Positions 58,469 through 64,000 of a stretch of DNA of 64,000 bases are shown here, piece after piece (the stretch's first letter is position 1; each line of letters opens with the position of its first letter). Made by a program: the position numbers and the translations under genes. Where the stretch lies: contig CAVZSQ010000019.1 in assembly GCA_963777955.1 (NCBI GenBank), positions 32,001 to 96,000 on the forward strand, in the 5' to 3' direction. The DNA is from Calditrichia bacterium. GTDB taxonomy: Bacteria; Calditrichota; Calditrichia; JAJRVZ01. A model generated the notes under the pieces. That model ran no database searches and had not been told where the DNA came from. It worked only from the letters and a program-made list of their open reading frames with translations.

Positions 58469-59341
58469 ATGCATATCCTTAAAACCAAATTCAGCAGAAT
58501 ACTGCAGATAACTATCCTCTCCTGTTTCCCGGTTTTACAGGCCCAGGATTTATGTTTAATGACAGCCGATAAGTTTTATGAAAATCACTATTATGAGCAG
58601 GCCATAACTGAATATGAGCGATTTCTTTTTTTCAATCCCGGGGATGAACAGGCCGGAATTATTTATTATAAAATCAGCCTGGCTTTACGGAATCAGGAAC
58701 TGTGGCCGGCAGCCCTGAAGGCAATGGATAAATCTATCTTCAATACAATTCAAGACAGTATCAAAGACGACAGGACCATCGCCAAAGCCGTTATTTATAT
58801 GGTGCAATCAGATTTCAGCTCGGCTGAATTCGAGTTGTTGCGTATTGCCCATTTTTCTGACTATACCATATTAAGACAAAAAGCCTTCTATTTTCTGGGA
58901 ATATGTTATGTTTACACAGCCAGGTGGGAAAATGCCTCTGCTGCGTTCAATAATTGCTATGCGTCTTCCCCTTACATCAAATCAAAAATAAATTCTTTGC
59001 TGCAACCTATTCATAATTTAAATTATAAATCGCCGGTTTTGGCTAAATGGTTGTCAACTTTTATGCCCGGGACCGGACAAATCTACGCCGGAGATATGCG
59101 GAACGGCTTGAATGCACTGTTATTGAATTCTGTAACCGGCTATCTATTAATTTCTTCTTTATTGGAAAAACAATATCTTGATGCGCTGTTAATAAATATT
59201 ACCATCTTTGAGCGTTATTATCGCGGTAACCGTTTTAATGCCGAACATCTGGCACAAGCACATAATGACCGGATTAATAGAAATTATGCTAAGAATCTAT
59301 TAGATCAGCTAAGTAAGAAAGAAGTATTTCCAGGTTATTGA
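58469..59341 (+). CDS. Secreted TPR protein with C-terminal TM2/DUF5683-like segment (paralogue of upstream gene)
   Basis: 'AITEYERFLFF'; 'KSPVLAKWLSTFMPGTGQIYAG'. Confidence 0.75.
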   Translation: MHILKTKFSRILQITILSCFPVLQAQDLCLMTADKFYENHYYEQAITEYERFLFFNPGDEQAGIIYYKISLALRNQELWPAALKAMDKSIFNTIQDSIKDDRTIAKAVIYMVQSDFSSAEFELLRIAHFSDYTILRQKAFYFLGICYVYTARWENASAAFNNCYASSPYIKSKINSLLQPIHNLNYKSPVLAKWLSTFMPGTGQIYAGDMRNGLNALLLNSVTGYLLISSLLEKQYLDALLINITIFERYYRGNRFNAEHLAQAHNDRINRNYAKNLLDQLSKKEVFPGY

Positions 59342-59661
59342 GTACTTAAGTAATATTGAAAAGAAATAAATCGCAGCGGTTTTATTGAGAAATAAATAAT
59401 CCTGGTTGTCTATCCGGCGGGACTTACCCCGGTGCTGCAATTCGCTTTTAATTTAAGTAAAATTCCTAATCACAGCTGGGCTTTTAGCCTGGTCTGGTCA
59501 GACCATTAGCAATACCGGGCCGTGGAGAACAAATAAAAAGCTTGAAAGCAGTCAATTTATTTTACATATTGTTTGAGTAGAAAGTCGATCCTCTATTAAC
59601 GATACAGACGTAGGTAATATTCGGGTACAGATTAGGATCAAAATGAGAGAGCAGGATTATA

Positions 59662-60158
59662 ATGAGGATCTTAATCTCCGTCATATTGATAGTTATATTA
59701 ACCGGCTGCAACAATTCGACCGAGAGCGATGATTACCTTGCTGAGGGAAAAGCACGGTTAAAATTGATATTCGTTATTTTAGCGGATCAGCCGAAGTATC
59801 CAGCAAGACACTCAACGAACATCGTTACGAAATGATTAAGTTAGAGTTACCTGACAGCATCAGCATTGAAATTCTGGCTGACGACTTTCAGACAGGAAAG
59901 TTTGAATGGATTAATCGAGGCCCCGGCCCCGCAGGTGGTCCCCCCATAATTTTCATGCTGAAGTATAATTTTTTTGGCGGCACTTTATATAACCCGGTTT
60001 CCGGAGTTTTGCGTATTCAAGAAAATAATACAGTTCAGATAAGCGGAACCTTTAGTCTGAAAGTGCATGACGCCGCCGCAAGCAGTTTTAATTCCGGAAC
60101 TTTTAAAAATATTGAAGGCAAATTCAGAGCCCTGGGAGCGGAATTGCTTGCCCATTAA
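59662..60158 (+). CDS. Hypothetical lipoprotein; 1-nt deletion near 59752
   Basis: ATG 59662 gives MRILISVILIVILTGC (lipobox LTGC); a frame change joins it to ORF 59832..60158. Confidence 0.6.
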
Positions 60159-60225
60159 CCTTGCAATATTATTAACATAACAGTATCTGGATGTAAAACA
60201 AACCAAAATATAGAAAACTGGCTTT

Positions 60226-60639
60226 ATGAAAGTACAATTAATATTATTTCTCTTCCTGATCTTACTATCCATCTGTTCACCCGGTTGTAATATTACCTCA
60301 CCGCCGATCACTGAGCACAAGATTATCGGCAGCTGGACATGGCTGGAGTCATGCTGTGGTTTCGGCGGAGATCTGCGCACACCGGAAAATACCGGACATA
60401 ATATTGAGGTAAGATTCACTGCATCATACAATTATTACCAGTATGATAATCGCATTTTAGAAAGGGATACCTATTATAGTATTTCAGAAAAAATAATCTG
60501 GGGTGACGCAGTTGATAAAGTACTAAAGATTGACAATGATGACGAGATGATTATTCAGTTTAACTCGGCAGACACATTGCTTTTGACAGATACCTGTATC
60601 GATTGTTACCGGCATAAATATGTACGCATTAAAATGTGA
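60226..60639 (+). CDS. Lipoprotein (lipocalin-like fold suspected)
   Basis: Lipobox 'SPGC'; 'IIGSWTW..SCCGFGG', 'DTLLLTDTCIDCY.H.YVR'. Confidence 0.7.
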   Translation: MKVQLILFLFLILLSICSPGCNITSPPITEHKIIGSWTWLESCCGFGGDLRTPENTGHNIEVRFTASYNYYQYDNRILERDTYYSISEKIIWGDAVDKVLKIDNDDEMIIQFNSADTLLLTDTCIDCYRHKYVRIKM

Positions 60640-60688
60640 GCTGATACCAATAGTTCGATCATTTCGATATAAATACAAAGCGGATAAG

Positions 60689-61228
60689 ATGAAGAATATT
60701 TTACATTTTATAATTGTACTTTTTCTCTTTAATCTATCGTGCAACGGATTACTGGAATCAGTCACCTCTCCCCCATTCATCCCAGCCCTACAATCCGATT
60801 CAAGCACCTTCTATTATAATTCATTTGAGGCCGATTCAGTTTTGACCGGCTGGAATGGATTATCAGTATATGATCTGTACGATGATGCCCCATTGAATGG
60901 AGGATCAAAATCAGTTTATATTTCCGGCGGTTGCCTGTATCCTCATGCCTGGTATATTTTCAGTCCCCCCGGCCGGGATATCGGTGTCTTTATAGAATTT
61001 TTTGGCAAAAATCTCGAGATTGGCGGTACTGTTGAATTGGCTGTCGGTTCGGGTTACGCCGGTGATGCACTGGAAATCGTGGTGATGGATTCCACCTGGC
61101 ATTATTATGATTCGGATACTACATTGCTGTGGCCTGCAGACAGCACCTTGACTTTGATGCTGAATTCAGGGGGATATGAACCGAGTGCCATGTTAATTGA
61201 TTGCCTCAAATTAGTTGAAATCGATTAA
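60689..61228 (+). CDS. Hypothetical lipoprotein
   Basis: MKNILHFIIVLFLFNLSC lipobox; acidic beta-rich domain. Confidence 0.7.
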   Translation: MKNILHFIIVLFLFNLSCNGLLESVTSPPFIPALQSDSSTFYYNSFEADSVLTGWNGLSVYDLYDDAPLNGGSKSVYISGGCLYPHAWYIFSPPGRDIGVFIEFFGKNLEIGGTVELAVGSGYAGDALEIVVMDSTWHYYDSDTTLLWPADSTLTLMLNSGGYEPSAMLIDCLKLVEID

Positions 61229-61414
61229 TTCAGATTATACTGGTTTCTGAATGAAGTGCAAATAAAAGACAACCCGGCATTAAATATAGCTGCGGTGAAG
61301 ATCGAATTATTCAGCAGGTACTCTACGTGGCACTTGGATGGAACTTAATTATTAAGTAATATAATTTACAATTCATCCATTGTAATAATTCACTCAATTT
61401 TCTGGGAAAAAGGT

Positions 61415-63271
61415 ATGATCAAGCATTTACTATGTACATCTGTGTTTTTTATATTCATCCTGATATCATGCGATGACATGACCTATGTGCCCGAAAAGGA
61501 AAATGTGGTTGATATTGAAAAACCGGATTACACGGATGTGAATATCGACTTTTCACAGTCAGCCGACACCCTGGTTTTGTGGGGTGAAACAGTATTACAT
61601 TACGATATAAATCCCGGAAATAAAACACTTGATCGCTTGGATATTTATATTGATGATCAAAAAGATCAATCGACGACAGATTTAAAAGATGCTACCCTTA
61701 ATACCCTGTCGTATACAAATGGCCTGCATACACTTCGCTTCGAGGCATACGTACACTCTGGAAATAACAGCCTGGTTGATAAATTAGGGTTAGAGACAGC
61801 ATTATTTTCCTATAACGTACCAGTCAGAATAGACAATGCAGTTCCGGTGCCAATTACTATAAGTAATTTTGAAACCTCCAACGGAATGTTAAAAATAACA
61901 TGGCCCAAATATGACCATATTAACTTTCAAGAGTATCAGGTCTATATTAATGGTTCCAAAGAATGGATTATAGACTCATCACAAACAAATTATTTCTATG
62001 ATTCAAAATTCAACGGCATCAATACTTACTACCAGATTAATATTAAAGCTGGTGGTAAAACTATTCAGGGTATATCCGTAGCCTATAGTGATTATATACA
62101 TTTAGTCAGTTTAAATCTTGACGAACAGAAAAGAATGGTTTTCGAGTGGGAGAAATTTAAATATGATCATAATTTTATCTCTTATAAAATAGTAAAAGGA
62201 GAGAGTACCGTTATTGCGGAAATTCCAGATGTCAAAACAACTACATATGTGGCTAGTGAAGTACCTTTTGGAGATGAAATTCAATATCACATTGAAATCT
62301 ACATAAATAATTATGAGGGCAGTCTATATAAAACCAACAGTTTGAAAATCTACATTGGTGAGAAAACACTAATAGATCTTCGTTCTATTTTCTTTGATCA
62401 GCAAACAAATTCTTATTTGTGCAATACCGGTGGTAGGATAGTACGTTATGATGATAAATTTAGCACAATTTTATCTGAATCTGATCTCACGGATGGACTA
62501 GGGGGAATTTATTTTTCTCATAATCGCTTGTTCGGTACAAGTGTGACTAAAATTATCGAACTTGATCCGGTCACCTTAGATTCTTTAACCACTCTCAGAA
62601 CCGAAGAATTTGGTACAGAATTTCCAATAATTCCCGGCCAGATTGCATACATTCCTGATAATAAATTACTCTTCTATGCATTTAAATTTTACTCAGCTTC
62701 ATTATATTCAGATAAAACTTACCTTGTAGATCTCATCAATAAACAGATTCTTGACAGTGCATACTATGTACACCAAATAAACTACATTTGGGTCTCAGGC
62801 AGGATGATCGAAGAATATACAGATGCATATTCGATTAAAGATCTCTCCACAGACGGGAATTATGTACTGCTTTATTATCAATCGATTTCTAACATTAATT
62901 TTCTTTATGATATATCCGACGACTCATTCCGGCAAGTGTGCGAAATATCTCATCATGAAGTCTGCTTTTATAATCCAGCAAATTGTTTCATTGAAGCAAC
63001 AGACGGTAAAATTATATTACGGAATAATACTGATGGATCTGTAAATAAGGAAATATTTCTGGGATTTTCAAATCTTTATAATCCGGTTATCGATCCAGTT
63101 ACCAATTATTTGGGTGGCATAGATCCTGATTCTTCTTATTATACAATCATCGATATCCCCTCCTCACAGATAATTAAAAGAATAAAAATCGACAATATCT
63201 ATCTTAATCTATGTTTATTAAATTCCACACTTTTCAGTCAATCTGGCTTTTACATGCCTATTGAGTGGTAG
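61415..63271 (+). CDS. Large lipoprotein with Ig/FN3-like domains and probable C-terminal beta-propeller
   Basis: Lipobox 'LISC'; 'NGLHTLRFEA', 'LKITWPKY..INFQEYQV', 'FEWEKF..NFISYKI'; AT-rich. Confidence 0.72.
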   Translation: MIKHLLCTSVFFIFILISCDDMTYVPEKENVVDIEKPDYTDVNIDFSQSADTLVLWGETVLHYDINPGNKTLDRLDIYIDDQKDQSTTDLKDATLNTLSYTNGLHTLRFEAYVHSGNNSLVDKLGLETALFSYNVPVRIDNAVPVPITISNFETSNGMLKITWPKYDHINFQEYQVYINGSKEWIIDSSQTNYFYDSKFNGINTYYQINIKAGGKTIQGISVAYSDYIHLVSLNLDEQKRMVFEWEKFKYDHNFISYKIVKGESTVIAEIPDVKTTTYVASEVPFGDEIQYHIEIYINNYEGSLYKTNSLKIYIGEKTLIDLRSIFFDQQTNSYLCNTGGRIVRYDDKFSTILSESDLTDGLGGIYFSHNRLFGTSVTKIIELDPVTLDSLTTLRTEEFGTEFPIIPGQIAYIPDNKLLFYAFKFYSASLYSDKTYLVDLINKQILDSAYYVHQINYIWVSGRMIEEYTDAYSIKDLSTDGNYVLLYYQSISNINFLYDISDDSFRQVCEISHHEVCFYNPANCFIEATDGKIILRNNTDGSVNKEIFLGFSNLYNPVIDPVTNYLGGIDPDSSYYTIIDIPSSQIIKRIKIDNIYLNLCLLNSTLFSQSGFYMPIEW

Positions 63272-63277
63272 GGAAAT

Positions 63278-64000
63278 ATGAAAAAATATATCAGGCTAAG
63301 TCTAGTACTGTTACTGGTAAATTATTCAGAGCTCCCTCGCTCAAGGTATATCTTTCCGTTTTCAAACGGGATACAATATGCAGAATATGGAGCAGTTAAA
63401 AAAAATGCAAAAGGGATTGGCCGAGTCCATACGCGAAGAAACTGGCATCCCGGTTGAAGTGGTAAACGACTTCCCATCTTTCTATAATTTTCAGGTACAA
63501 TTCCTGGTAACTACGCCTGAATTATTCAGCACAGGGCTTTATTTCGATTTTTATTCAACCGGCGGCAGAATACACTATGAAGATTACTCCGGTCAATATG
63601 GCTTTGACCAAACTATAACCCAGATGACAATAGGGGGGATAATTGAAAAAAACTTTTTCAGGTTTGCACAAGTACATTTCATTTCTGTCATTTTAAAAGG
63701 TTTTGTATCAAGAAATGACTTAAAGAATAAAAATTACCTTTTAATTGATAATTCTATCAGTAAACAAATTTATAAATTTAACGCTCTCTCTGTGGGTATG
63801 CAACCTGCCCTTGGTTATGCTTATAAATTTTATTTTCTTTCTATTGGATTGGAATTAGGATATAAAGTGGATTTCTCAGGATTATTTCATTTGGCTGGTG
63901 ACGAGAATGCATATTTAGTTTATAATAATCAGCCAATTCATCCACAATGGGATGGTTTGAATATCAGTTTAACGCTCGGCTTAGGATTATTTTCCAATTC
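63278..64000 (+). CDS. Outer-membrane beta-barrel-like protein, runs off window; +1 indel near 63335; absent from ORF track
   Basis: Signal peptide MKKYIRLSLVLLLV..., then shifted frame 'LAQGISFRFQTGY...STGGRIHYEDYSG...LELGYKVD...QWDGLNISLTLGL' open to window end. Confidence 0.65.

Noticed and set aside
1..64000. Prophage, transposase, integrase, tRNA or rRNA genes
   Set aside because: No recognisable motifs found by eye; a tRNAscan/Infernal run would be needed to exclude small RNAs fully

Overview
Gene-dense bacterial chromosomal window of moderate GC from a diderm organism. The TolC/RND pump, TonB receptor, lipoproteins and two secreted proteins ending in a 'QNYPNPFNP' FlgD-Ig/T9SS-like sorting domain suggest the FCB group, e.g. 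Calditrichota-like (inference only). The first ~31 kb is mostly housekeeping and transport: SSS symporter with a small partner ORF, GPx, aceE, argR, EamA, RND efflux, pfkA, acyl-CoA synthetase, mdh, murB-murA and an mntH-USP fusion. Next come a trpR-trpB2 mini-operon with a perfect 20-bp operator-like palindrome, a CotH kinase, a cobalamin riboswitch with a btuB-like receptor, and an accessory block of envelope proteins and lipoproteins. The best candidate for an undescribed system is the three-gene operon at 38.5-44.9 kb: a STAND-like ATPase with a TM helix and periplasmic domain, an outer-membrane beta-barrel, and a cytoplasmic Ser/Thr kinase-adenylyl cyclase-STAND ATPase fusion. The second candidate is the coupled cluster at 55-59 kb (OMP, LolA-like protein, signal-peptide-bearing YidD-like protein, two TPR-TM2-like paralogues). 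About a dozen genes carry single-base indels, most likely uncorrected sequencing errors. No rRNA, tRNA, CRISPR array, transposase or integrase was recognised.
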